Notes: generated by a model from the letters alone, not told the origin. 64,000 nt of DNA from Tubulanus polymorphus (GCF_964204645.1 NC_134036.1:5734600-5798599), one strand, 5' to 3'; shown: positions 39,757 through 53,348, counted from the first letter of the stretch. Numbers and translations are program-made.

Positions 39757-40128
39757 CGGGTTCGAATCCAAGCCGGGGAGGAGTGCGCGCTGTCATCAGG
39801 TTCGAATCCCTGCAACGGAGGAACGTGGCAGGGACTCACGATGCAATCAGGTTCGAATCCCTGCGAGGGAGGAACGTGGCAGAGTCTCACAATGCCATCC
39901 GGGTTCGAATCCCTGCAACGGAGGAACGTGGCAGGGTCGAACGATGTCATCAGGTTCGAATCCCTGCGAGGGAGGAACGTGGCTGAGTCTCGCAATTCCA
40001 TCGGGTTCGAATCCCTGCGACGGAGGAACGTGGCAGAGTCTCACAATGCCATCCGGGTTCGAATCCCTGCAACGGAGGAACGTGGCAGGGTCGAACGATG
40101 TCATCAGGTTCGAATCCCTGCGAGGGAG
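39757..40128 (+). repeat. ~51-bp B-box-containing tandem repeat
   Basis: About 7 units of CATCAGGTTCGAATCCCTGC(GAG/AAC)GGAGGAACGTGGCAG. Confidence 0.9.
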
Positions 40129-40757
40129 CGCGCGCCAGTCTTTCCGACGCCTTCGATTCGAATTACGATTAAAGTTAGTCGATTAAACGGCATTGATTCG
40201 ATGAAACAAAAACGATAATCGTATTGCGAGGCTCAAAGATGAAAATGGTATTCTAGTATATTTCAATGAAAATTGTATTTCCGTTACACATCAAACTTGA
40301 GAAAATCAGGAATCAACCATTTAGTTGAATAGGTTGCCGGATGAGCGCAATATTGCAGATACTATATGAGTCGATGGCAACACTATAAGTCGATAAATGA
40401 GATAACGACCGAAATTGTGAAACTGGTATCAATTGAGCGTATTATCAGATATTTGAAATATATCTCATTTGTAAGCAAGATCATAACTGCGGTATTTATA
40501 AATGGGCATCCTCGCTTGCCAGGGTTATGTTTGCCGCCCGCTGAAGCTCACGCCAACAAGAACCCTAACCGCAGATCGTCGTAGGTTTGCGGTCAGGGTT
40601 TGCGTTTGAGCTTGAGAGCTTCAACGGGCGGCAATCAAAACCTGACAAGCGAGGACGATAAACGGGCTATATACATATAAAGTCCATATTATCGTTTCCC
40701 CCGATATCGAAACAGATCGAACGATGGTCGAATCGGGCCCGCCGTATTACACCGCGT

Positions 40758-43700
40758 TCAAGCGCACTGACAGTTGAAGGACATCGCGAAAATGTTGGTG
40801 GTTGCGGCGGCAGCGGCGGCGGTCGCTTTGAATTGCAGCTGCATCTCGTTGCTCTCGCCTTCGACCACCTCGCCGTTAGTGAGCCACGGAATGAACGGTC
40901 CCTTCTTGTCGCATTCCCACTCGCCCCAGTCGGCCTCGACGTCGCCGGTGCCCTTCACGTTCTTTCTTAATCCCGAGTCGCACTCGCCGTTCGCCGCCAG
41001 TGGGCTGGGCTCGATCGTTTCGAAAATTAATTTAACTTTCTACAATAGGAAAATGTGTAAATGCAATAATTGATATATCTTTTACGAGAGAAATTGCGTG
41101 AACATAATCGTTTATCCCCATGTGAAACATTATCATCGATAACCACACTCAAACGTGGTGAACGGATAATAAGATAAAAACCCACTATCTACAAATTAAA
41201 AGAAATTTAAAATCGAGAATTTATCTATTCAAAAAATCTAACATATAAAACACACGACGTTTTCACAAACCTGACGATGATCTATCTCTAGGGTGAGATC
41301 GAAACGTCGCGTATCTTATATCTCAGATATTTTGAATGAATAAATTCTCTTAAAATTTGAACATTTTTGAGCAGTTTTATACCTTGTTATCGTCATTGTT
41401 CTATGTTCCTTGCTGACTCAGTTCTTTTTTTTTAGGAAAGTTTAAGAAGTCGCTACATACCGCAACGGCTAGTAAATTTCCCTAACTTAAGAAAATCTAT
41501 CAGTCTTTTAACATCACAAGATCCAAACATCTTGAGGAAGCTAGCAGTATTTATAAAAAAGGCACATAACCTCATTTAGCCATCGCTGTGCACACACGTT
41601 TTAATTGCGTGTATAGTATTACTTTTAGAAGAAGAAACTGTCACCGTATATTATAAATGTAACTGGAGTAACCGTAATTGTATAACTGTAAATTGTTTAT
41701 TTTTTTGTATCCTGTGCTCGAAAAAATTTTTATAATTTCTGGAGCAATAAATTAAATCTGAATCTGAATCTGAATCTAATTAGTGTCAGTCTGCCTATAG
41801 ATATTGTTGTTTTTCCATTGGCTATACTCATTTTCCCGATGAAGCTTCTATACAATAGTAGCGACATCTCGTGCGTGAAATAAATAGCTAACTTATATAG
41901 TACTACCCCTCTAGTTATTTATGATCGTCATGTTGTATCTCTTGAAGAGCACCTCCGCCAACCCTCTGATTAGTGAACACCCGTCAAAGGTGAACATCTC
42001 GAACACCCGTAAGTCATTCGACGGTTCACTGCGAATCAGTCGGCGTTCGGCACCGAGCTGTCGTATACGTACCTTGTCCTCCGGGCAGAACAACTCGAAT
42101 GTCGTCGTTTTCAGCTTGGCTTCGGACCACATCAAAATCGTTTTGCTCTCGTCGTCGTTGGTCGAACAGTCTTCGGTTCGACCCGGCACGTGGCGCGCTA
42201 GAAACGACGAAATGTGATTAGAAAAAGTCAGGCGTATTCGATTAATCTTCGCCAACCTAAAGATTAACGACTTCTTATCGGCTTATATAATTTTTAATTA
42301 TTCCGTAACCCACGGAAGCGTCCTGGGGACGTATCTATTAGCAGACGAAAATTCGAGGTTTATTCCATTTTCTCAGTTAAATGTGATTTTGGAGGTTTAC
42401 TCCCAGTTGCAAACTCGGAATACTCCGAATTTCGTACTCGGAATAAACCGCCGAATATCGATTTTAACCGAGAAAACTCGTATATTCCAAGGTACAAACT
42501 CGGGATTAACCTCGAAATTTTTTTTAAATAGATACGTCCCCGGGACGCTTCCGTACGTATCATTCTAACGGTTTTTACTGCGTCTATTAAATACACTTAC
42601 GGCAGTTAGCGTTGGTCGCTGATGCGCAGCCCTGTGCGCTCGGGTATTGCATGCAGTACCAAGGCGCTGGCTTCTGATTCGGAGCTTGATAATGGTACAT
42701 CTGCTGCGGTCGGTACATGCCGTAGTTCGGATGCGGCGGTCGTTGCTGCGAAGGCGGTATTAGTTAAACTTATTGATTGTAATCTCATGGTTACGTTATT
42801 TCAATTTGTGGTAATAATTTTATAATGATGATTTATTGTTTTATGAAAAGCGCTATACTATGAGATAATCATAGCACTTTATGTGTATATAAAGGTGTAT
42901 TTAGCGGACTTACCGGGTACCATGTAGCGTAGTAATTAGCAGCTGAAATGATACAAGAATTAGTTCATGGGGTGTTTGGCGTCCTGATAAAAAGTCCAAT
43001 ATTTCGTGTGCGTAGTTCATTTTCAATTGAAATGTACGGAAGCGATAAGGGGCCTCGAGATGTCGCGTTCCAACGCGACAAGTCGTCATATTTATGTCGA
43101 TATATCGCGATATATCGCGTCAAGTCGACCTGAATATGTCGACATATCGCGACGTTTTGACGACATATTTCGTTTTCGCGACCATTTCCCTCGCAACCCA
43201 GTCGTCATATTAGTGGCGTCCTCATCTTACATTTAGACGTGTCTTCAAATGACGGCTTGTCCCGTGGAAAATGGGCGAAAAAGCGAAATTCGTCGTGAAA
43301 ACGTCACGATATGTCGACATATTCATGTCGAGTTGACGCGATATATCGCGATATGTTGACATAAATATGACGACTTGTCGAGTTGGAACGCGACATCTCG
43401 AGGCCCCTTATCGCTTCCGTAGAAATGTCCTGAACACACGTGAAGTGTGGCCTGTCCGTTTTTCTTTAAGTTTGCTGATCAAAATGTGCGAGGTTTGTTG
43501 TTCAATTTAAGTATATCCTGCGAAGCACTGAACACACGTGAAATTTGGACGGTCGGTTTCTGAAAGGGCGCCGATTATGAAATGTCTAACGTCTAGTATA
43601 TTTGCAGTTCATTTTCAATCACGAATATTTCGGGTGAACTACCGAACATAAGCGAAGTATAAAACGATCGCAATCGAAAAGCGTGCCGATAAAATGTCTA

Positions 43701-44326
43701 ACTTCTTGAGCTAGAGATCGAGGCAGCAAACATGATTTAGGTATAACTTACGCTTTCGATGCATCGGCTGATAAGGCGCGTACCCCCACGCCGCTGCAAA
43801 AAAAAACCGAAATGATATTAAAATAGGTGATAACGAACTCCGTCATAGGAATTTATACCGAACCCTTTCAGTGCTGACTAATTAATACCCTATAGTGCTG
43901 GAGAAAATTTGAAAATTCTCAAAAATTCCACCCTAGTGTGTTGAACAATGGGAATACCACTATAGTGCGTCTACACCGCAGTGCGGTGTATCGTTAGTTA
44001 CTATTATTTCACTATGTTTGACACTTGCTGCCATTTTTCAATAGAGATAATTACAAATTACTAATTACATCAATACACCGCAGTGCGGTGTACTGGCAAA
44101 ATCCATCACTGATTTATACACCGCACTGCGGTGTAGACGCACTGAAAGGGTTGACCTAATGAAGCTTCTATTCATGAGTAGCGAAAGCTCGCGCGTCAAA
44201 TAAATAGTCAACCAATACTATCGTCTCGTTAGGAATATATACGGAGATCATTTTTTTCGAGCGCTCATACTTACAAACGCCGCTGACTGCGGATAATAAA
44301 ACTATCGTCGCGTGTACAGCGTTCAT
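40758..44326 (-). CDS. Secreted Pro/Tyr/Gln-rich + CUB-like domain protein A, 210 aa
   Basis: Exons 44326-44275 (signal MNAVHATIVLLSAVSGV), 42942-42914, 42745-42601, 42197-42073, 41039-40758; 633 nt, phases consistent. The C-terminus KVKLIFETIE...ECD...WECDK...ESNEMQLQFKAT...FAMSFNCQCA resembles a CUB fold. Confidence 0.82.
41436..41777 (+). mobile_element. LINE 3' end fragment with (TGAATC)n tail
   Basis: Reads SLRSRYIPQRLVNFPNLRKSISLLTSQDPNILRKLAVFIKKA, followed by AATAAA and TCTGAA repeats. Confidence 0.6.
42311..42555. mobile_element. MITE with (T/C)ACGGAAG termini
   Basis: TIR CACGGAAGCGTCCTGGGGACGTATCTA / TAGATACGTCCCCGGGACGCTTCCGTA. Confidence 0.75.
43035..43421. mobile_element. MITE with TACGGAAG termini and 6-bp TSD (IS3EU-like)
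   Basis: Long TIRs (~115 bp). GAAATG is duplicated at 43029-43034 and 43422-43427. Confidence 0.85.
43861..44152. mobile_element. MITE with AACCCTTTCAGTGC TIRs (piggyBac-like termini)
   Basis: AACCCTTTCAGTGC...GCACTGAAAGGGTT, with internal palindromic TACACCGCAGTGCGGTGTA repeats. Confidence 0.65.
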
Positions 44327-45264
44327 ATCGATATCTTGATCGCCGAATCGAATTATCGCTATTATTTGATCTTCGAAATTCTGTAAACAAACAACAACAA
44401 AAAACTAAAATCTATTGACGCATTAGAAAGCAGCGCGCGTGTTAGTAAATCCTATTCGTAATCGATTCGCGCCCGTTTTGAAACAAAATAATCCGTAACC
44501 GGAATGATATGAGTAAAAACGCCTCACCTCGAATTGCGGTCTTGTCTTCTCGGGCGTCTTTCGTCGAAATACGTGTCCGCCTTTGTGTCTCGCGATGTTT
44601 ACATATCGTGTTACAATAACGCGTCAACGTCCACAAGAAGGCGTTTTGTAAATGCGTTCTGTCGTGAACAGGTGGCCGTTTTACCGGCTACGGTTTAGAA
44701 TCTTTCGGCGTCATCGCGTTAATTGCGACAATTCGTCATCGGTAAAGATGTCGATAATGTTCGATGGGAATGATATTCGCTCGGTTTTTCACACGTCAGC
44801 TCGACTTTATTGGTTTCCCGTCGGTAACCGATTCGTTTCGCTGTTTTTTTTTAAAGTTATCGTCTGGGATGTGTAATGCGTGATGTATAGTGAATTGTTT
44901 GTGTAGTTATTTTCGAATTGAAAATGTATCGGGTATATAAAGTATGGACGATCCTCCGCATTGGAAGCGCGCTGATGTGTTTTCATTGTAACTATACATG
45001 TAACGTTAGAACTAAAATCGACTTGATTTGGTGACTGCGTCGACAGGGCCCTCGTCAGTCACAAACCGCCAGGGGGCACTGTCTAATGTCACGCGATTGG
45101 CAGTATATTTCCAACTGGAAATGTTTCAGCTGAACTCCTGACCAAATGTGTCGACGATCTGTTTTTGAACGTACGTTGAAAAAAAATATCAAATGAACTC
45201 CTGGAAACGAATGAAGTGTGGTCGAGCACTTCGTCATCTCTTGTCGATCTTTCGGATCGAACGT

Positions 45265-45590
45265 GCCATCATGTTCGAATCCCTGCCTGGGAGGAACGTG
45301 GCAGAACTCGCGATGTCATCATGTTCGAATCCCTGCCTGGGAGGAACGTGGCAGGACTCGCGATGTCATCATGTTCGAATCCCTGCGAGGGAGGAACGTG
45401 GCAGAGACTCGCGATGTCATCATGTTCGAATCCCTGCGAGGGAGGAACGTGGCAGAGACTCGCGATGTCATCATGTTCGAATCCCTGCGAGGGAGGAACG
45501 TGACAGAGACTCGCTATGTAATCATGTTCGAATCCCTGCGAGGGAGGAACGAGGCAGAGTTTCGCAATAGCCATCAGGTTCGATGCTTAC
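45265..45590 (+). repeat. ~50-51-bp B-box-like tandem repeat
   Basis: About 6 units of CATCATGTTCGAATCCCTGCGAGGGAGGAACGTGGCAGAGACTCGCGATGT. Confidence 0.9.
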
Positions 45591-45801
45591 AAGGGATGAA
45601 TAGGGCAGTCTAACGACGACATCAGGTCCCAATTCCCGCGCCGGCGACCATTCTGGCCATTCTGCCGCTGTCAATTCGAACTAACAGTTGTCAAACAAAT
45701 CGTATCCATTCGATGAAACAAAAACTATAATTGCATTAACGAGAGAAATCCCTCAATAAATTCAGCCAAAAAGAGAAACTTGAGTAGAAAAGTATATATT
45801 T

Positions 45802-45845
45802 GCGCAACGTTTCGGCTAAAGACTATTAGTCATCATCAGGCGTAC
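45802..45845 (-). ncRNA. Minimal hammerhead ribozyme (slightly degenerate)
   Basis: CGC-CUGAUGA-U-GACUAA..UUAGCC-GAAA-CGUU-GCG. One mismatch in stem II. Confidence 0.5.
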
Positions 45846-46515
45846 TGAGAACAGGGGAATATTACAAGATATTTATGCAAGACAAAAACAATAGAAAACA
45901 GAGTGAAAAACCGAACAAAAATGCCAACAACGCCCCGGCTGTTTTCGACGCGCAGAACGTTATAATATAGACAGGTACATCAATATTACTGTTATAACTA
46001 TAACATTATTATACATGTACAACAATATTCGAATTAATGTATTCGTATCTGATAAACAATTTAACAGTTGCTAGCCGCCATTTTGTTAGGGTACTTTTTG
46101 TCCTGTATCGTTGCGTCGTGTTTTCTATTTTTTAAAAACTGCGATGCGTGTATTATCATATTTCACTCGTACCCAGGTTGGTTTTGACCGTTTTAGCAAC
46201 ATTTAAACCGTATGAAACTCCAGTTTTCGTTCGTGAAATCATATATAATTGCGTTAAAACTAGATAAACTAGGTCAGAACGCCCGCAGCTGTTTGACCCA
46301 GTTCAGAAAATGTGCTATGATCTGCTAGATGATTGGACTAAGAAAACGCGCACCCAAACCGAGTATACCGAAATGTGCCATTGTGCCGAGGTCTAGGTGC
46401 TGGTAGGGGAATGGCGTGCGACGTTGCGAAGTCCAGTTCCACACAGTTCGGAGTTAAAATTTGACTCCATTGAAAATGAAGTAACTTTAATTCTAACTCT
46501 CAACAACGGTGGAAC

Positions 46516-46789
46516 TACGGAAGCCCCTAGGTGACATATGAGATATTTTTTTTCATAATTTTGACATAATAAGTCGAATTTCGTGTTAATTAAGTCGAAT
46601 TTCGACTTAATAAGTCGAAATTCGACATGAAAATAAAACTCGAAATTCGACTTAATTAACACGAAATTCAACTTATTATGTCGAAATTCGACTTAATTAA
46701 CACGAAATTCGACTTATTGCATCGAAATTCGACTTAATAAGTAAAATTTGTGAAAAAATTTTCTCGTATGTCACCTAGGGGCTTCCGTA
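46516..46789. mobile_element. MITE with TACGGAAG termini and 7-bp TSD
   Basis: TIR TACGGAAGCCCCTAGGTGACAT. GTGGAAC is duplicated at 46509-46515 and 46790-46796. Internal AAATTCGACTTA repeats. Confidence 0.85.
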
Positions 46790-47196
46790 GTGGAACTGTG
46801 TTTCCAGTCGTTGAAACCTTATCGCATCGACGTGCGAGCATTCGCGTTCGGAAAGTTTAGTCTTCATTCTCGCAAATACGTAAAACACACGCGCGCTTGC
46901 GCATAAAAATATATTTTGAGGACAGGACATCTCGAGGTAGACAGCTGTGTCACCAGCGGGTGCCAAAAATTGCCTCGAATGACGTATCGAAACGTTGATG
47001 TCCCGTGTTTTGTTTTTGTTTTTCATTATCAATTAGAAGAGTTTATCGGTTAAGTACGGGCGATCAGTTTTTGAAATGACGCTGATAAAAGACGACCTCG
47101 TGGCTTGGTTTTTAGTGGGCGCGCTGGATAGACGTGGAAATACATACAATTTGTACTATTGAGCTCTTTGTTTCGATAATTCCCATATACGTAGCC

Positions 47197-48665
47197 GATA
47201 ACTCTGGGTAGTCGGTGGAGATTTAACCGTTACCTAGAGTTATCAGCTTCGGACATGTATGAATTACTGTAAAGAATATCGTGTCCTTCAAACGTTCCGT
47301 TTCTCGGCAAGGTGCTCTTGAAAGCGTCGACTATTATAAGTTAATATCGTCGGGTTTGTTTTGAAACGTGTTTAATATCGGAATCAATGTTTCTCGTAAA
47401 CGCACCCTATACCACCGGGAAACGCTCATGCGCGTTTTCTACAAATCATCGTAACACATCGATATATCCGATGCTTTTGGTTCGTTTTTGATCACGATTA
47501 AAAAATCTCCCATCTCGGCTTCTACGTGCAAAAATTTCGTGAAAAACCTCACCTATACGAATTATGTACTCTTTCGGTTGTTTCAACCTGGACGTATCGG
47601 CCCCACTCCGCGCGGTGGCGCCACCGCGCGGGATTTACGCGAAGCAGCAAACACAAACACGGCCACTCTCTCAATTTTCAATGATAGAAATCGTGTGTGC
47701 ATTTCAATTATTTCGGCTGTTAGGGTTTTAAGGCACAATATAAGTTGATGATGTGATATGGCGATGTTAATTAATGATAATTCCGCGGTGAAGCTAGTCA
47801 CGAACGGTGCCGATTGAGTGTACAGCTGCCAAAAACACTGAAATGTGCATAGTTGCGCAACTATTTGCAGTGAATTGCAGACGAAACATGAAGCCTTAAC
47901 GGCCGTTTAAAAAAGAATTATACCAATTGCAATTGTAAAATAAAAATGAGGTAGAACCTAAGTTAAAAATTCTGGCCATTTCTAAAATGTTATTACTAAT
48001 TTTTAGTCAGTGCGGAACGTTTAGTTTTCCAACAATAATGAGGGGTGGTAGGTAGTCATGCAATTCAAGTCATCATTTATTACACGTTACTTCCGTGTTG
48101 TTGAAAATCTCGCGAGTCACTGACCAAACCCCAATGAACAATGTGATCTGTGTGCTGGCCACAAATGTACACAGATCACACTACACTACCCATTACACAC
48201 TCCAGTACCCACAGCTTTCATATATCCATCCAAATATTTAGAGTGTCTTTATTCCTGGGTAACGGTCAAATCTCCCCCGACGATTCGTCGGGGGAGATTT
48301 GACCGTTACCCAGAGTTATCAGCTTCGGACATGTATGAAATACTGTAAAGAATATCGTGTCCTTCAAACGTTCCGTTTCTCGGCAAGGTGCTCTTGAAAG
48401 CGTCGACTATTATAAGTTAATATCGTCGGGTTTGTATTGAAACGTGTTTAATCTCGGAATCAATGTTTCTCGTAAACGCACCCTATACCACCGGGAAACG
48501 CTCATGCGCGTTTTCTATAAATCATCGTAACACATCGATATATCCGATGCTTTTGGTTCGTTTTCGATCACGATTAAAAAATCTCCCATCTCGGCTTCTA
48601 CGTGCAAAGATTTCGTGAAAAACCTCACCGAAACGAATTAAGCACTCTTTCGGTTGTATCAACAT
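47197..48665. repeat. Direct ~370-bp duplicate (~47218-47590 and ~48294-48665) with a perfect 29-bp-arm hairpin at 48255-48313
   Basis: Near-identical blocks starting GAGATTT(A/G)ACCGTTACC(T/C)AGAGTTATCAGCTTCGG. Confidence 0.85.
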
Positions 48666-49599
48666 GGATTTTATTACGATATACCGTTATGCGAAAATAA
48701 CCCGAACCAATGGTACGATAACCGCACTCAAACGCGGTGAACAGATGATAAGATAAAAACCCACTATATTAAAAATTAACAGAAATCTAAAATCGAGAAT
48801 TTATTCATTGAAACAATCTAAAATATAAGAACACGACGTTTCGATCTCACACTAGAGATCATCGTGAGGTGGATGTCGTGTTCTTTTATTTTAGATTGTT
48901 TCAATGAATAAATTCTCGATTTTAGATTTCTTTTAATTTTCAAATAGTGGGTTTTGTATCTTATAACCCGAACCAAATAGCTCCACCGGAACGCCACGAC
49001 GATACAATTGCATTCTATAATCGGCTACAATATCACGCAAAATCGAGCTTCATTCGGCGAATAGTAATTCTTTTTTCTCGATATTCACGAGTATTTGGTA
49101 TTATTTCGCTTGGACGTGTTGCGTCTATAATCAGACGACGGTGTTTTAAGAAGGCGGGGCCGGTTGCTGAAACGTTGTTCCCGCCCGGAACAACTGTTCA
49201 GTCACACGCGAATGGACCCATACCTTTTAAGTCTGACTTTGGTTCGACTTAAAACGTATGATAATGTCGGGCCAGACCCGAGCCATGTTTTCGCCAGGGA
49301 CAACTAATTGCGAGCGAATTGTAACTGGTTTCGGCAACGACTCATTTCGCTTTGTTTTAGCATTTTTCAGTATCGAGTGAGTGGTTTACGCGCTCTTTAA
49401 ATAAGGCACGGGCTCAATTCGACTCGGGTCCGATCCGTACCAATGAAAGAGACGCCATTTTTCTTCGGCGCCATTTTGAAGCTCGTTTCTCACGACGTTG
49501 TCGATCCGATGTAGTCGATAGATGGCAGCACTAATTCTATATCCAAATCGTTTCCATGCGGTGGCAGCTAGATCTCGATTCAATCGCGTTCTGTCCGAT

Positions 49600-52500
49600 T
49601 TAGTCGCACTGACATGTGAACTTCAACGCCTCTTGCGCAACTCCTTGCATATTTGTCGTTTCCTTGAACTGAAGGAACATGACGTCACCCTCGCCTTGGA
49701 CTCCCGGGATTGGTGTGGTCTGTTGGCCGCATTGCCACTGGCTCCAGTCAGCCGGGTCATTGGTTTCTTTCACTTTATGTCGGAATCCTTCGCTACAGCC
49801 GCCGCGGCCCGCAAAGTTAGCATTGATGGCCGTAAACTCGCTCTTCACTTTCTGCAACAGAATACATTTTAATAGATTATGTGATTTCATTAAGAACCTA
49901 TTGTATTTTAACTACTCGCTGCGCGCACGCTATGGTTCACCTAGAACCTATTGCGTATGTTCTACTCGCTGCTCTCCCGCTACGGCTGTGAGGACTTGGT
50001 TCACTGAGAACCTATTGTGTATGTTCTACTCGCTGCTCTCCCGCTACAGCTGTGAGGAGAGGGGTTCACCGAGAACCTATTGCGTCTGTTTTATTCGCTG
50101 CTCTCCCGCTACAGCTGTGAGGAGAGGGGTTCATCGAGAATCTATTGTGTCTATTTTACTAGCTGCTCTCCCGCTACAGCTGTGAGAAGAGGGGTTCACC
50201 GAGAACCTATTGCGTCCGTTCTACTCGTCGCCCCCCGCTACAGCTGTGAGAAGAGGGCTTCACCGTGAACCTATTGCGTATGTTCTACTCGCTGTTCTCC
50301 CGCTACAGCTGAGTGGCGACGGGTTCACCGAGAACCAATTGCGTATGCTCTACTCGCTGTTCTCCCGCTACAGCTGAGTGGCGACGGGTTCACCGAGAAC
50401 CTATTGCGTCCGTTCTACTCGTCGCCCCCCCCCCCGCCTGCAGCTGTGAGATAACACAGTTCCTGTATCGCGTGGATACGTATGAATTTAAAACGGAATT
50501 ATCCTCACCTGATCCTGTTTGGGACAAATCAACGTGAACGTCGTAGTTTTTCCCGCGGCATCGCTCCACAAAAGAACGTGGTCACCTGACATGGTTCCTT
50601 CGGGACATTCTAGCACTCGTCCCGGTAGTGGATGCACTGCATTGAAAATACATATATAGGCACTAAGGAAATTAATGCTCTGATAATTACTACGACATTA
50701 TTGGAAGATAAGAAGTATCAGATCGCCGCGTAGTAGTATCAACGTATTATTGGTCGAACTGGTCCCAATTATCGTACGGTAACCGATAGAACAAGGCTTC
50801 TAAACGTCGGTGAGACGGTAAGTCCAGATTGTTCATATTCTACTTACGACAGTCGTGCGCCTGCACCGGTTCGCATTCCGGGGTTTTCGGGTACTTTTGG
50901 CAGACGTACGGCGACGGTTTGAGTCGAGTAGACGGGTACGCCGCTGGTGGGTAGTGGTGTCCGCTTCCCGGCGGGTAGTACGGTCTCATTCCCGGTAGGT
51001 AGTGCGGTCCCGGTCCTGGTGGATAGTTCGATATCTTTGATAGAATTGAATAGCGAAGGTAAAATGAATGTTTATTGAACAAACTAAAAAGTCGAACGAA
51101 TGTACAGCGTTAGCGTAATTGGCTACACGGGTGAACTATATTTTTGACTTGTGACATTCACGGGTTCTGTTCATCAGTGTCGCGTGATATGCGTACGTAC
51201 GTCAAAAAATGTTCCTACTTAATCGAACTTCCCTGCGCGTCTGCTAGGTGGGGCGAAATAGCGGCTAACAGTGATTCTAAAAATCGCTCCTTTTTTTGAA
51301 AGATTTATTAGGCATTTTTACCTTTTCACAGAAATGTATTTATCAAGGTCAGAGATACCATTAGAAATAAGTTGTTTTTTTACTTTACTACAGTTCCGCT
51401 CTGATAAGATGTTTTACTTGTATTGGAAAGATTGCGTTCATTGGTATTTTTGGCAACTTTTAGTTCGGCTCGAATCAGCTAACTTCTGACAATAAGACAA
51501 TGATCAAAATATCTGAAATCTGATACGACGCAAAAGAACAAAAACGGCCATACTTACCGGTTGCCACTGGAAATAGCCTGGGCTCGATGCTACAGGACCC
51601 GCTGAGAAAAAAAAAACTATGATTACAATGTTGTGTAGAATCTAATGATCGAGCGTATTCGTGTATTTGTGGGCGGTAATAATCTGCAACCAGGACCTAC
51701 CCTAGTATGGGATCTTCCCTAAAATCACGTTCCCTTCAGTTTTCGCATTTCGCTTAGATCTTTTGATTGAAAATGAACTACGAACCCCAGATATCAGACG
51801 TTTAGCGCACTTTCAAAAGCTGTTCGTCTATGCTTCGCGTGTGTTAACGTCTCTAAACCTGAGACGTGTTGTTGAAAATGGACTAGACACCACAAACATT
51901 ATGAATTTTATCAGTTCATGTTCAAATACTGATACTTCACATCCGTGCAGTGTTTATCCTTGGTTCCGATTGAAAATAAACTAGGAATATTAGGAATTTC
52001 ACCAGTAAAATTCCAAAAAAATGATCGTCAAGTACAATGTGGTTTATCGCGCGGTTAATTCATGACTATGGGTATTGAATTTTGCATTGCGAATCCATAT
52101 TCGAATCTCAGGTTCGAGTTTGCTTAGTCGCATTCGAAAACTGCGTCGCGAAACGCATTGATTTTCATAGATTTGGTAAAGCGCGGATTGCATCGAGTTA
52201 AGCGCGCTATGAAATGCGTTTTGTCGACGACGTCTAATTTGAAACGACCATTTTCAACTTACGATCGGCCGAAGCCGGGGCGGCTCCGTCGTTCGAGAGT
52301 TTGTACGGTGGTCCGTACGGTTGGCGAATTGAACTCGATCCCCACGCTACAAATAGACAGAAATTCCATCAACAAAAAACGTCGTAAAGATTTTACAGCG
52401 GAAAGTCAACGAGAAAAAGCAATTGAATGACATCGAGCGTTTTCTCTCGGCTTCCAAAATAGAAAAATATCTAAACCATTAGATGAAGTTGGACTTTGAG

Positions 52501-52951
52501 AACTGAAACTTTGTTAGCGCGCATTATCGCCACGAATCTTATATCCCTGTTCCTCAAATTTGCGCATTTCAAGACCAATTCCGAAATGATGGGTCAGCTA
52601 TTATTCATCGAAATCGTATAGCTTGTCATAATACGGCATTTCAAGTGAGTTCGAATCAAATTTCCTAACACTTGTCGGCGTATACTTACGACTTCCAACA
52701 CTCATGAAATCTGAAAATATAAATGCGGGAATATTTTTTTTTTTTTTTAGTAAGTGCAGCGTCTTTTTTTCACGGTATTTTAAATGTTGCGCGAATCCAA
52801 GTGCAAAATTCGAATTGAAGCGCCGAACATTTTCGAAAATGCTATGCTCATGATATGCAAATATACAAATTCGTCACGCTTTCAAAATAAACCTGTACTT
52901 ACACGCTTGAGCGCTAGCCAACGCTAGGATAACAGCGACGACGACCTTCAT
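49600..52951 (-). CDS. Secreted Pro/Tyr/Gly/His-rich + CUB-like domain protein B, 254 aa
   Basis: Exons 52951-52903 (MKVVVAVILALASAQA), 52710-52690, 52346-52263, 51601-51558, 51034-50848, 50636-50509, 49851-49600; 765 nt, phases consistent. Probable 5'UTR exon donor at ~53485. Confidence 0.85.
49910..50450. repeat. ~65-bp minisatellite in the last intron of gene B
   Basis: About 8 units, same family as 28085-28580. Confidence 0.9.
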
Positions 52952-53346
52952 CTGCGCTCGTCGTGAAAATGAAGGCAAAGAAAAGAAAATTGAGACAACA
53001 CATACTTTTGTCTAATGTCTTTAATTTGCGTTGTATATTTGAATGCAGAGAGCCTACGATGAGAAGTATGAAAATTAAAACGAGCTTTAGGCCCCCAATG
53101 CGCTGCACAATCCGCGGAATATTCTCCCAGAGAAAACTCGTGGGCTTAATGAGTGCGATTCCTTTTTTTCTTAAATCGCGCGTGTATAAACTATCGATGA
53201 TTAAGCATAGATTCGCGTATCTACTTTTTCAAATTGAAAATCTCTTCAGTCACTATAGTTCTTCAACCAAGGGTTTCGTATCATAATAGCGTGTCTTCAG
53301 AATGTTGCAGAAAGTAGCAATATACAAATTAAACAGGTTTAATCAT

Positions 53347-53348
<2 letters not shown>

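Noticed and set aside
39757-40128. CRISPR array (also the 57-, 65- and 70-bp arrays)
   Set aside because: Head-to-tail repeats without unique spacers, no cas genes, eukaryotic context.
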